Positions 35,378 through 48,650 of a stretch of DNA of 64,000 nucleotides are shown here, in pieces. A program made the position numbers and the translations under genes. Every line of letters begins with the position of its first letter. Positions within the stretch are counted from its first letter, which is position 1. The stretch is from Paraspadella gotoi (taxonomy: Eukaryota > Animalia > Chaetognatha), in NCBI GenBank assembly GCA_051294375.1, contig CM119267.1, positions 23,318,905 through 23,382,904 on the forward strand. The letters run 5' to 3'. The notes beneath the pieces are model-generated. The model made no database searches. It worked only from the letters and a program-made list of their open reading frames with translations, and was not told where the DNA came from.

Positions 35378-36992
35378 ATGACGAGCCAGACAATGAACGA
35401 GTACAGTGAGGGAGATCACGTGATTGTTACAGCTAGTCATGATCGCTGTCTCGTCGGCCGAATATTTCGACTCTACACTCGACGGCGCCGTCGAGAAGCT
35501 GAGATGCGTTGGTACTGGTTCGGTTCATGGTTTCCCGCCGTAACCTGGTTACATCCGGCCGAGATAATCCGGGACATGTCGAACAGATTAGATCCGGCGG
35601 TGGACCTGTCAAAAATATCCGGAAAGTGCACGGTTCTTTTCTTGCATCCGCACGAGAGCGCTGACGGGAATAGCGTCAGGTTGGAAGTTTTTTTTGTTCA
35701 GACGTTTGATCTCACGTTGACGAGTTTAACCAATTTCGATAAAGGGGTTTAATAGGCATATTAAATTGGAATTTCTTTGAAAGCGCGGGAAAATATATTT
35801 TTAGGAATTAATAACCTTCTCCCGCTTATTATCTTTTCTTGTCCCTCACCCGCTACCGGTTAACCAAGTCATCTGACTCAAATGGCCTCGCAACGCCTCT
35901 ACCTACCCGAACGCGCCGTCATTCGTCCCGTCTATATTTGCCGCTTCGAGTTTTCCGCCCAAGAGCAGTTTCGTCCGGTCATTCGTCCGTCGTTATACGA
36001 AAAAGCCGACGAACATGGCCCGTCACCGCCGTCGTCACGGTCGAGTCGGCATTCGTCAAATCCTTCGCCGATACGTTCGACCGACAGACTCTCCTCGAAG
36101 CGGCTCTCCCTCGCCGCCATCGCCGCCCGCTCTCAAGCGCCCCGTCGACCGGTCGAGCGATCTTCTTCCTTCGACAGCGACGAGGGGGATTCTTCCTCGT
36201 CCGCGGAGGACGAGATTCGCCCCACGTCGGCAAAGTATTCTTATCCAATCGCCGGAGAAAACGGTTACTACGAAGAAAGTGACGTTCAGAGCGACAAAGA
36301 AAAGGTCGAAAAATCCGGCAGGACGAGCGCCATTCCTACCATTCTCTGCGGAAAGGTGGTTTGGTGGGAAAGTTTGTTTTTTACCATTTTCGCCGAGGGT
36401 TTTGAGAATCACTCAATGGGGGAAACGACACAGACATGAGGGAACTGAATGATAAAAATATTCATTAACATTTTTATTGGTTCCTCCATAAAATCCCAAT
36501 TGCGTTTTTTTATTCCCAAAAAACTTACTTAATCTCAGACACGAGCGATCCAAAACGCGAATTGAGACGTTGATTAAAAACGTTTTCTCTCATCCCTACG
36601 GACGAAAAAAAAACTTGGCAATCCATCAGCGTCTTCTAACCGTCCCATTTTTTTTTCACACCTTCCACTTTCCTCAAATCCACCACCAATCCACCATCCC
36701 AATTGGCTAGATCGACGAAAAGCGAGACTTTCGAAATCCGTATTCCGATCCGGAATCCGTGGACCCGCGGGAGGTGGACAGCGACGCGGACAAATGCGAC
36801 CGGAAGTCGCGGATCCTCAAGGGTAAGTTACTCTCGCAGGAGAACCGGTCCAGACTGAGTCAGTTCGAGAAGGAAAGACCCGAGCGAGTCATGCGGGCGA
36901 GAAAGGAAAGGGATGAGATGGAATATCGACTCAAGATGAAGAGGAGGGAAGCGGACGAGGTGAGGAAGGGGGGGAGGTGGGGGGAAAGGTGA
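35378..36992 (+). CDS. BAH-domain protein with a Ser/Arg-rich linker and charged tail (3' end uncertain)
   Basis: Exons 35378-35679, 35869-36355, 36711-36959(+) join in frame. GDHVIV..VGRIFRLY..MRWYW..EII..ISGKCTVL..YICRFEF is a BAH-like pattern. A donor at 36960 has no confident acceptor. Confidence 0.6.
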
Positions 36993-37406
36993 GGATTTAA
37001 GAAACGAGGATGTGAAGAGGAAGTTGGGAAGGAAAAGCTTTTTATTGTAGAAATCAGATTAGTGGAGTATTTGGCGGTAAAATCGATCGTATTTAAATAT
37101 TTGTTTAGTAAATTGAAAAAGGAAAAAGATCTCTTGTTTTAACCAAGAAATTAGGATTATTTTGATAATCATAATCGTATTTTTTTATCGTCGCAATCGC
37201 TTAGCGTTTGCGACGATATTGTAACGCTTTTGCGCATAAGTGGCGTCGTCGTCGTCGTCGTCAACGGCGTTCCAAATTATAGATCGCCTTTTTTATGATT
37301 AAATTTGGGTGTATGAAGCTGAAAATTTATAAACAGCTTCTCATCATCGATGTGCTTAAAATTGAGTCTGGACAGTAGAAACATTTGAATCCAACAAAGT
37401 TTTAAT

Positions 37407-37520
37407 TAGATAACCAGTCTGGGTGTCATTCTGTTCATTTTTCCAAGCTCTTTTTAACTAAAAAAGTTTCATTTAAAAAAAACTTTTTCGCCCGAGCCAG
37501 GGGTGTTGAAGAGACAAAAT
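37407..37520 (+). mobile_element. Possible end of a DNA transposon related to the 18612-20924 element
   Basis: gtgtcattctgttc...ttcgcccgagccaggggtgttgaag parallels the subterminal sequence at 18659-18750. No partner TIR found. Confidence 0.3.
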
Positions 37521-39068
37521 ATGGAAATTCACAATTTTTTAGTATTTTTTAGCTTTTTCCAGTTAATTTTTTTAATATAATAATCTTTAATCAAGTTAAT
37601 TACTTCTGATAATGATTTTAATTTATCCTATTTAACTGTTTTTAAAACATACATTAAAAAAATATTAGTTTTTAGCTTAAGCCAAGGGTGTTGAAGAGCT
37701 AAAATGTCTAAATATTTTTTTAAAATATTTATAAATTATAATTTATTTTTTTTTAAAGATAACTTATATTAATCATGGTAATGAAAATATTTGATATCTT
37801 TAAATGCTTTTAGGCGATTTACCACAGCTTTAATTTAATCAATTAATTTAATAATGTTTTTTAAAACTGAAAACCCCAAAAACTTCTATGATTCAAAGCA
37901 AATAATTTTAATTTTTAATGTAATTGTTACAAGATAAAATTATTTAAATAATATTCGGATATTATTATAAAAAAAAGTTTGTTTACTTTATACTATATAA
38001 ATATAATTTTATTTAACAAATAATTTAAAAAATGATATCTGCATATAAATTTTGTACGGATAAGAGTAATAGTTTGGTTTAACTCTATATACAAATATTT
38101 TGTTATTAAATAAACAATTATTTTTTAATATACAATAATTTTTTAAAAAATAATTAATTGCTTTTTACTTTTTTCATTTAATAATTGTTTAACAAAGAAG
38201 TTTTGTTTTTCTCACTAAATCTAAAAACACAAGAAAAAGAAAGTTATGATTTATAAAAGATTCATTAAAAATAACAACCTCTTATAATCCGATTCATATA
38301 TACTATTTTACTATATAATAATATTGTTAATTAATTTACTTGATTAGCAAATTATTAATAAGTTTAAATTATAAACATTGTGTTGAACTTGTTTATTGCA
38401 TTTTTAGATTTCGAAAAAAATTTTTATGTTAACAAAAAAATTTAATGAATTTGTTAATAATTTGATTTTTATCTTTTTCTCTCTTTTCTCCTGCTGCTTC
38501 TGCTGCTGCCTTTTGATTTCTTTCTTTTTTCTGACTGCCTCTGCTGCTGCCGCTGCTGATTCGTCCGAAAACGATTTGGCTTTCTCTCTCTCTCTCTCTC
38601 TGTTTATTTGACAATGAAATTTTTTTTTTCTTTTTTTTTTTTTCTCAGGGGCTGCGTCTGCTGATCAGTTTATTTGACAATGAACTCTTTCCTATTCTAT
38701 TTTCTCTTTTCTATTCTTTCTTTCCTTTCTATTCTTTCTTTTCTTTCTATTCTTTCTTTTCTTTCTTTCTTTTCTTTTCTTTCTATTCTTTATTTATATT
38801 TATTCTTTTCTTCTTTTTCTTTCTGTTTATAAATTAATTTTCTTTTCTCAAATTTGATTTTTTTTAGTATCAAAATTTGTCGTCAATCCATATTTTCCTT
38901 ATGCGATTGCGACGATCCTTATGCTTTTAAAAATTTTTTTTATAATTTTCCCCGGTCCATCTCGATTATTTGGCAATCCTCTTTCAATCCAAAAAAAAAA
39001 AAAAAAAGAAGAGAAACTATTCTCCCGAAGATGTCAGCCCTTCGTCACAACCTCAAGCCAAGAAAGCA

Positions 39069-39941
39069 ATGAACCGTTCCCGCCCTCACAAGGAATTCCT
39101 GCTCGAAGTCTACGAGGATCCCCGCGAGGAGCGATCCAATTGGGTCTTTCGAGTTTCCACCCGTCGTCGCGTCTCTTCTACGTCGTCCAAGTCGTCGTCG
39201 TCATCGTCACGCAGGGAAAGTCGTCATTATTCGTCTTCTTCGTCGGTCCAATCGCCGCGCTCGTCTTTGTCGTCCGACTCGTATACCGTTGACAAACGCG
39301 CGTGTCGCACTCGCGGCGCTCGGTCCGCCTACGTCCCTCGGTTTAGTTGCCGCAACTATTTCCTCTCGCGGGGCAGAACTTCGTTGCCCGCGAGGAAATT
39401 CAGGGGTCGGGGAAGGGGAGATAGGTGGGGAGGAGGTGGAGATAGTGGAGGTAGAGATGGTTGTGGTGGAGGTAGAGATAGAGATAGGGATGGAAGAGGA
39501 AGAGATGACGACGGAAGAAGAGACAGAGAGGGAGAGTCGTGGCGTGGAGGAGATCGGTGGCGCGGAGGACATGGCGGAGATAGAAATTGGGAAAATCATC
39601 GGATGAACAGGGATAATGGGGATTGGTGGGGGCGGGGAAACGGTGGCTACGATTACTGGCAAAATGGCGAAGAAAACTGGGGCAACGATGGCGGAGACGA
39701 CTGGGGCGGGGGCGCCGGCTGGACGAGTCGAGGTAACGATCGTGGTGGTCGCGGAAGGGGTCGCGGAGATTGGCGCGGTAAAAGTGGACGCGGGTTCCCC
39801 CCTTGGTTTCGTGGGCGAGGGTGGCGGCGTGGACCGACCAAGAGTCGACTCTATAAATGTGCTGACGGTTCTTACAAGATACTCAACGCGCAAAATCGTG
39901 TCTACAATTGGAAGGGCGAGTCGCTGAATCAAGAGATGTAA
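39069..39941 (+). CDS. SR- and RG/W-rich low-complexity protein, paralogue 1
   Basis: Intronless ORF, first ATG at 39069. Shares LEVYEDP..FRV and RGARS..SCR motifs with the next gene. Confidence 0.65.
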   Translation: MNRSRPHKEFLLEVYEDPREERSNWVFRVSTRRRVSSTSSKSSSSSSRRESRHYSSSSSVQSPRSSLSSDSYTVDKRACRTRGARSAYVPRFSCRNYFLSRGRTSLPARKFRGRGRGDRWGGGGDSGGRDGCGGGRDRDRDGRGRDDDGRRDREGESWRGGDRWRGGHGGDRNWENHRMNRDNGDWWGRGNGGYDYWQNGEENWGNDGGDDWGGGAGWTSRGNDRGGRGRGRGDWRGKSGRGFPPWFRGRGWRRGPTKSRLYKCADGSYKILNAQNRVYNWKGESLNQEM

Positions 39942-40267
39942 CGCGCGAATCTCCTCGTGATCTTGATCCTTGAATATTTATTGAAAACTTTTCACCCGGA
40001 AACGAAGGACTAACGTTGAACAAATTAATCAATTTCATAGTCCTAGTGATTCCTTTTTACATTTATATTATTCATACTTCCTGTTTGTATGATGAGCTGA
40101 GATAGTACAAATTATATTAGGTATAAGATGATGACTTAATTATAAAAGCTTTTTACAGTTAGCGCAAGTAAAGACATTGTAGTACGTACTTCCGGGAACA
40201 AAGCTCGATCATGTGAAAGGCTTATTTCAAGTTTTGTTTCCTTTAAATATTTAAAGATTTGAGAATA

Positions 40268-42178
40268 ATGGCGACACGCGGCTCATCTCCCTTCACCTCT
40301 TTCCTGAGTCGACATCCCAAGCAAAAGTCGCTGGCCAGAAATTCTCCGGCCCCTCGCCGCCCCTCTCGAGACAAATCATCTTCTTCGTCGCCCCGTCCGG
40401 GGACTTTTCAAAAAAGAAAGCGTCGGCGGAGTCTTCGAGACGGCGGCCCCAAATCTACCCAGCGTTCTGAAAGTTCCTCCGGCTCGTCCAAACGATCCCA
40501 CTGTTCCGTCAAGTTCCCCGGTCGAGTCAAGTCCCCGTCGACTCGCGCGCGCCGTTCGTCGTCAACCGATTCGTCGTCTTCCATCCTACGCCGAGCCTCA
40601 ATTTGCATCCCTAACCGGGTGTTGCTGACTTTGGAGGTCTACGACGATCCTTGGGACGCGTCTAAAAGGTGCGACTCATTTGATGGTTAGGAGAATGGAA
40701 TTTAAAAACAACTTCTACATCAATTATTTTCTAGGAGCGACCTCATTTTTCGTGTGACTCGCCGATCCGGTCGCTCGCTGTCTCGACAACGTTCGTCGTC
40801 TCGAGGACGATCGTCTTCTCGGCGACGATCGTCTCCTCCGCTGCGATCGTCTTCTAAGCGACGATCGTCTCCTCCGCTGCGATCGTCTTCTAAGCGACGA
40901 TCGTCTCCTCCGCTGCGATCGTCTTCTAAGCGACGATCGTCTCCTCCGCTGCGATCGTCTTCTAAGCGACGATCGTCTCCTCCGCTGCGATCGTCTTCTA
41001 AGCGACGATCGTCTCCTCCGCTGCGATCGTCTTCTAAGCGACGATCGTCTCCTCCGCCACGATCGTTTTCTAAGCAACAATCATCTCCTCCGCCGCGATC
41101 GTCTTCTCGGCGGCAATCGTCTCCTCAGCCGCGATCGTCTCCTCATCCGGGATCGTCCCCTCAGCCGCGATCGTCTTCTCAGCGGCGATCGTCTTCTAAG
41201 CGGCGAAACGAATCTCGTCGGCGATCGAGATCTACGCGTTTGCGATCGTCGTCTTCTTCTTCATCTTCGTCGTCGTCGTCGTCGTCGTCCCGACCAACGC
41301 CACCATGTCATTATTCTCATGAGAAGCGTCGGCCAGATCCCCGGATGTCGATGATGCCGCGGTTCGATAGAAGAGGAGGCGTTCCTCGGCGCGGCGCCCG
41401 CTCGATGTTTCCCGCACCGAGTTGCAGAGGGCGCGGCGGATATCGTGGATGGAGTGGAGACGGCGGGAAGTACAGAGGAAACTTTAGAGGCGGTTGGCAT
41501 GGCGAGGATCGTGGATGGCGTGGTGGAAAGGGAGATGGTTTTGGGGGTGGATGGCATGGGGGAAATGGAAACGATTTTAAAGGCGGGCGGTACAGTGAAA
41601 ACTATAATTGTCGGGGCGGAAGGCACGGTGGAAAAGACGATTATCAGGGCGAATGGCACGGTGGAAACGGAGAAGCTTATCGGGGCGAATATCACCGCGG
41701 GTTCGGCGACAGGCCCCGCAGGGGATTCGGGCGCGGATTTCGAAGGGGCGGAAGATGGAAGAACATGCCCTCGTCCCCATGTAGGACTTTCGTCTTGGAT
41801 GTTTACGATGATCCGCGGTCAACAGAGAACGCCTACGTCTTCCGCGTGCTGAAGGAAACGGAGAGGCCCCCGTCGCCCGAGAGGCCCGCCGTCTCCGTCG
41901 CCCGAGCGCCTTCGGCCGCGTCGGCTTGCCCGAAGGCATCGAAAAGTCGACCAGCAGGGCGGACGAGAGGGGCGATGACGGCTGCGCCTAGACTCAAGTC
42001 AACCGTCCAAACGACGAATAGCATTAAACACAAAATTCGCCGATTTGATTTGGTATCCAATTGGTTGGAAGGCGGGGGGAGTGGAGGTGGCGGGGGGAGT
42101 GGCGGCGGAAGAGGCGGCGACGGCGCCGCTGACGAAAACTGTGGGGATAGCGAAACGAAAAAGGACGGAGATGTTTAA
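40268..42178 (+). CDS. SR- and RGG-rich low-complexity protein, paralogue 2
   Basis: Exons 40268-40668 and 40735-42178. Splicing rebuilds the shared motif [20 protein letters not shown], and a second copy [18 protein letters not shown] follows. Confidence 0.7.
40820..41060 (+). repeat. 36 bp coding tandem repeat ([12 protein letters not shown])
   Basis: About six perfect copies of gcgacgatcgtctcctccgctgcgatcgtcttctaa, followed by degenerate units. Confidence 0.95.
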
Positions 42179-42959
42179 ATATTTGAAAGTGACTTTTTTT
42201 TTACTTTATTTTTTGAAAATAAATTTTATTAGTCGTGATTTTACCGCTTGGAAAATCTCCTTTTAATATTGACTTTGTATATATATGAAATTAGTCTTTC
42301 GTATTTTAGCCGAATAAAAGTTTAAATTTATTACGAAAAACGTGTTGGTTTTTTTTTCGATTTAATTCCATCAATTGCAATGCAATGTGAATAACTCAAT
42401 TAGATAGGTTTTTTGTAAGGGGAGGGTGGAATTACAATCAGTACAAATTTTATGTCCTACAGAACTGTCAAAAAAGAATTTATTTTTGCTTAGGCTGCGT
42501 CCTTATTTTCTTTGAAAACTACTGGAGCAACTACGAGTGATGTCATGTTTTTTTCATTTTTTATCAAAATGATCATGTATCATGTTTTGACTAAAAGTCA
42601 AAACCATGTCCAATTTGTCCATTAAGTGGTTTAGCCAATCCCCGAGCCTTGAGTGTGGATTCTGATCGCCCACGAATTATGTTTAGGGTAGAATTCGAAA
42701 TGCCTCTGCCCGCCGGCAGATTAGGGGCGGGCGACGCCGGCCACGCGGGCGGTGATCGTGAGATGACGTGGGTTGGCCGAGTTATGCCGCGAAAAAATCC
42801 CCTCGCTTATATCTCCCCTCCCGATCTTTTTTTTCCTTTATCGAGAGAGAGAGAGAGAGAGAGACAGGGATAGAGAAAAAGCGAGAGAGAGTCTTCACTT
42901 AACGAATTAAGAAAAGATCGAGATGGAGAGAAAAAGAGGGGAGCATTGAAGGAAAAAGA

Positions 42960-43375
42960 GGAAAACGTAGAAAGGGGAAGGAAGAGAACGAGGGAAGAAC
43001 ATCGAGGGAGGAAAAGGGGAAGGAAGGATGAGAGAGGAAAGAACATCGAGGGAGGAAAAGAAAAGAGGAAGGAAGAAAGAGAGCAAGGAAAGAACATTGA
43101 GGGAGGAAAAAAAGAGGGGAAGGAAGGAAGAGAGCAAGGGAAGAACATTGAGGGAGGAAAAGAAGAGGGGAAGGAAGGAAGAGAGCAAGGAAAGAACATC
43201 GAGGAAGGAAAAGAAAAGGGGGAAGGAAGAAAGAGAGGAAAAAACATTGAGGGAGGAAAGGAAAAGGGGGTAGGAAGGAAGAGAGCGAGGAAAGAACATC
43301 GAGGGAGAAAAAGAAGAGGGGAAGGAAGGAAGAGAGTGAGGAAAGAACATCGAGCGAGGAAAAGAAAAGGGGGAG
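42960..43375. repeat. Purine-rich minisatellite
   Basis: Recurring aagaacat(c/t)gagggaggaaaa unit at about 45-55 bp spacing. Confidence 0.8.
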
Positions 43376-43973
43376 GGATAAAAAAAATATGACGCGAATC
43401 TTCAGTCGTCTTCTGGCACGCGCAGCCTGGGCGGAGGAGGAGGAGGAGGAGGAGGAGTTTTCGCGAAGAAGACGAGGAAGACGAGGAGGCGAAGAGTGAC
43501 GGTTTTGGACGGACGGATTCCGGTCGTCGTCGATGGCGTCGTTGATTTGTCGCGCGTCGTCCTTGATTGTTTCCTCGTAAAATACGAAAACGTTTGGAAA
43601 TAAAATCTCCACGATTCTCACCATTTTTTGGGGGGGACTAACAGTTTTTTTTTCTCTTTCTCGTTTTATTTATATTTTCGGTCACTTTCGCTGCTCGCTA
43701 GACAACTTCATGAGAGTTTTTGTGTTTTTAGACTCGGTCTTGCCATTTTTCACTCGCTGTTTACCAACTTTCCTTGTGCGCACCGCTATTTTCGAACTGC
43801 GTTTTTGCCAATTTCGAGTCAACCTCTAGTACCTCTCTATAGCCTCACACACAACCTTACTTTAAAAAAAGAATGAAAAAGAAAAAATAATAAAAAAATC
43901 GACGTCGCGAAGTTTTGAACCAGAAAAGAAAATATTTTCCTCTCAACGGAGAAAAGAGTTTGTGTTCAGCGCA

Positions 43974-44034
<61 letters not shown>

Positions 44035-44298
44035 CTCTCCTACTCTCTCTTCTCTCTCTTCTCTCTCTCTCTTCTTTCCACCGAATATCTTGATTATATA
44101 TTATGTTTTGTCAAAACCACTATGCGCGTTACCGCCTAATTAGGCGGAGAGGTCTTAGCCCCGCCGTCGCGACAGGATTCTCGCGCGCGGAGGAAAAGCG
44201 CACGCGCCATTTTTTTCTTCCAAATTTCCATCCATCGCTCGAGTCGTTATAGTTTGGCCTCTTTCACTCACTCTCTCTCTTCTCTCTCTCTCTCTTCT

Positions 44299-44350
<52 letters not shown>

Positions 44351-44552
44351 CTCTCGCTCGTCTCCTTTACTTTTCATTAGTTGCCTTTTCCTTTCTTGTC
44401 CCTGACGCCCTCCCGCTGGCCCGATCTCGCCCCTTCTCGCTCCATCTCGCCTCCATCGCGCCCTCTTACGTCCTTTTTTTCTGGCGCTCCTCTCAACGCA
44501 CGCACTTTAAGCCAAGAAAAAAACAGCGGAGGGGGAAAAAAATCACATAGCG

Positions 44553-44660
<108 letters not shown>

Positions 44661-46839
44661 CCTCCCACTCCGCCGGATAGAAAGTGTGAATCCCGGCCGT
44701 GAAAGGCGGGCGCGCGTCTTTGTTCGCTTCACCTTTTTCACCCACGTTTCGAGTCCGCCATTTTTTCCTTCCCGCCCGCCATCTTTAAAGTTTAATGCTT
44801 TTATCAATGGCGCTCAACTTTTCTCTTTCCCTTTCTCCGCCGTCTTCCTTTAACTTTCCATCTTTGGCGCTTTTTTCTTGGTCTTGTTTGCTTTCCTGCC
44901 TCTACTCCCACGGCTCACATCTCTCTTTCTTATATTTTCTAGTCTTATGTATTTTTTATCTATTTTTATCTTTGGGCCTGCTCCCTTTTTCCCCCTTTTT
45001 ATATCCTTAACTCTTTAGAACTATTCCCATTCTTCCGTCTCCCTTTCAGCCTTATTAATCCCCTCCTCCCGATTTCTCTCTCCTCTCTCTTTCCCTCGCG
45101 CCATTACTTCGATTGCCTTTTTGTTTGGTTTAAAGAAAAGGAGAGAAAGATATGCCGTGTAAAACGATTTGCTAATGGGAGTCCAGAATTTTGCCAAGCT
45201 ATTTAATATCCGTTCTTTCAAAAGAGTCATTAACTTACTTTTCTTCTACTTTTTCTTTCTTAGATTCTTTCTCTCTTTCAACTTTTAGACTTTCTTTCCT
45301 TTGACTTTCTTTCTTTCCATGTGGAAAGGCCTTCACGGATAAGAATTACTATTTCAATGGAAGGAAATAAATTTTCCGCTCGCTTCTCTTTTCGGCTTTT
45401 CCAAAATTCAAACATAACCAAAAAAAAGGCAAAATTTGATCGAAGTCTTTTTTTTTCTGCAAGTCTCTTTCGACTTGGTTTTTTTTTTTTTTAAATTTGT
45501 AAACTATTGTTATATAAAAAATATATAATATCAAAACTATAAAAATCTTACGTATCGAATAAAAATAAATAAACCAAGCAGCAAGCAAGCTTTCCCCTCG
45601 TCTTTCCACTTGCTTCGAAAGGAATTAACCGCAGTGACACTATCTCGAGTTTATAACGCCGCCAAATCCCCGGGGCTTCAATCAAGGCTTCTTTCCTCCT
45701 CCAGTCCTTCCAGAAATTCGCGGACGGGTCTCCGCCCAATTCGCGGTTTTACGGTTGTCGTCGTCGTCGTCGTTGTTGTTGTAGTTGAATTTGCGCGAAT
45801 TCCACTTCTTGATTGTCTTCTTTTATTTTCCGCCGAAAGAAAGTAGTTCCTTAAAAACTTTGTAAAATTTCGTGAGTAAATACTATTTCAAATTGTTTAA
45901 TTGACATGACAGAATAATTGTATAAATGTTTCGAATAGTTATCGCAACAGAAATACGGCAAATTGCAAGTTTAGAAAAATCGTACAATTTAAAAAAACAC
46001 GCACAGTGTACATCGATTACAATTTAGCAAAATGAAAAATCTCCCGAATTTCTAAATTTCTACCGACACTTCACGACACCGTCGACATCCTTTCGAACCC
46101 CAAGCCACACCTCCGTCCCTCCGGAGCCCCGCCCCTCCAGTCGGGGACAGCCTCGTTTTCGAAACGTCAGTCGGGGAGTCGCCGGTGGCCGATGGGGGCG
46201 GCGTCGGCCGAGTCGCCGGTGAGTGGAATCGAGTGGCCGAGACGCGGTGACGCCTGGAGACGATTCTCGAGGGAAAGGTCTTTCCTAGAGGAGACAAGTT
46301 TTTTTTTTTTGAGAGAGAGGAGAGTGAGAGGGGGAGAAAAAGGCTGAGACCAAAATGGCGAAAAAGGGTTCTGAGGTAGTCTGTCACGTTCTCGAACGTA
46401 GATCCCGGTCGTCCTGTATATAAAACCCTCGTTGCATTTTCGGCGGCGAACTCGCGCACTCTCCTCACGCTCACTGCGCATGCGCGGGGAAATCGAATCA
46501 CCCGCTTTCACAATTCGGACTCCCAATTTACCTTTCACCCGATTTTCTTTTCTTTCTTGTTTTCTGCGCTTCATTTGTACGCCGGAAACCAGGGATTTTG
46601 TAACAATTTTCGTTAACCGTCTCTCTCTCTCTCCGTCTCTCCTCTCACTCTCTCTCCTCTCTCTCTCTCCATCTCCTCTCTCTCTCCTCCTCTCTCTCTC
46701 TCTCTCTCTCTCTCTACCCCCTTCATTAAGCCAAGCAACCGGGTTTTCGCCCGCTAGAATTCCATTCATTTCCTTTCCATTTCTTCTTTTTCCATTTGCT
46801 CTTTTTTTCTCGCCAAATCTTTTTTCTATTCTTAATTCT

Positions 46840-46894
<55 letters not shown>

Positions 46895-47718
46895 CTCTCG
46901 TCTCTCCCTCTCTCTCTCTCTCTCTCTCTCCTCTCTATATGAGCTCAGTTAATCGCCATGATTTCAGCAGCCGTTGATGATTTTTATTCATCCATGCCAA
47001 TTCTCTCAGCGTTATAAAAAATGTATTTCCTTTTCTTAAATTTTTCTTATTTACATTGATAATTATTATAATTAAATTTTTCGGCGGTTTTTGTTTATAA
47101 AACCTGTTAAAAAACTTCGCGAAAAAAAATAATAAACTTATTAAAAATGTAAAAACTTACTTAAGTTAATAAATTATCAAACAGTAAACGTCTTCAGAAA
47201 AAGAAAAGTTACAATTTCTTTTTTCGTTTTTCCCCCATTTTTCCCTCCGTTTGACTGGAGAGAGAAACAAAAAAAACCCTCTAAATTTGTTGGCCTCGAA
47301 ATTCCTTCGGTCGAAATCGTTTTCGATCTCTGCTTCCGCGGAAAATATATCCGCTTTGAGCGGCGATCACCCGGCGGAGAGAAAAAAAAAAGCGGATATA
47401 AACCTTCCCTTCAACGTTTTCCCAATACTTTCTCTTTTTTTTTCGACTTGGGTTCTGATCCCGACATCTTCTCCCCTTATATCTCAAATGGGTCTTCTCA
47501 GCCACCCCCCCCTCCCACATCCCTCTTATCTCACACCCCCTTCCATCTCCCAGCCCCTCCAAACATTTCCGGTTCTCGTTTGACTTTTGCCCTCGAAATA
47601 AAAAATCTAAAACGACGCGTTTATTTTCGCTCCTCGTTTCTCGCGCATTTTCCGGGTCCTCCTCTCTCTCTCTCTCTCTCTCTCTTTCTCCTCTCCTCTC
47701 TCCTCTCTCTCTCGCTCA

Positions 47719-47749
<31 letters not shown>

Positions 47750-48450
47750 GGCCACACCAGACATTGTTCATTAAGGCTAGGTAAAATTTCTAAAATTTAC
47801 AACTTTGAATTCTCAAATTCTAAAATGTGAGGAACGAACAACATTATAATATAACATTTATTAATAAAAAAATTGATAATAAATTTAACAATTACGGCAG
47901 TTAGGCCATGATTAAGCTAGTACTAAACCAATAATTTAAAATTTTCAAAACATTTTTCTACAGATTTTTTTGCAGATTTGGATTCGCATAAAAAAATGAT
48001 AAAAGAAAATAACTTCTTTTGAAAAATTCCTTATTAAGGGTCAAAAATTTATAAAACTATATTTTAACGCTAAAATTAACTTTTATATATATAAATATAG
48101 TTTTTTTTTAATTTTTAACCCACTAATGAAAGAATTTTAAAAATATTTGATATTTCTTTTATCAACTTTTGACGAGAATTTCAAAATCTGCAATCAAAAT
48201 TAAGAAAACCCTATTGTGAAATTTCGATTTTATTTTAAGGATAGTACATATCATAAATATAGCCTCTGCCGAAAATAAAAAACATAAAATTATATTTTTT
48301 TATAAATTAATTTCACTGATGGATGTTGTTCATAGATAGACTTTAAATTTTTCGTATGATTAACTTTCACTACGCCTTATTGTTCATATCTTCATGAGAG
48401 CGAATCGCTTCTCTCACCTGCTCGTATAACCCGATCCACGACGACCGCCG

Positions 48451-48650
48451 TTTTTTAGTCGGATCTGCTTATCAGCAGAATCCGACTCTGATAAACTCAC
48501 TTTTTATAACCACTTTTTCGTCCGTCGGTCCGTCCCCCGTCAATATGTCGGCGCACACACTTAAATCAAACATCGAATTATAATGCAAAAAAAATATGTC
48601 CGTTCCGTTCCGCGTCCGTCCGCTCCCTTCGCCGTCCGTCCGTCCCACCT
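48451..48650 (+). mobile_element. Possible Helentron-associated (DINE-1/HINE-like) element 5' end
   Basis: A T-run, then a palindrome agtcggatctgct-tatc-agcagaatccgact (48457-48487), then (gtcc)n-like repeats. Confidence 0.35.

Noticed and set aside
43392-43624. Possible minus-strand first exon (MVRIVEILFPNVFVFYEE...)
   Set aside because: No recognisable domain, it runs into a minisatellite, and no supported splice partner was found; not excluded.
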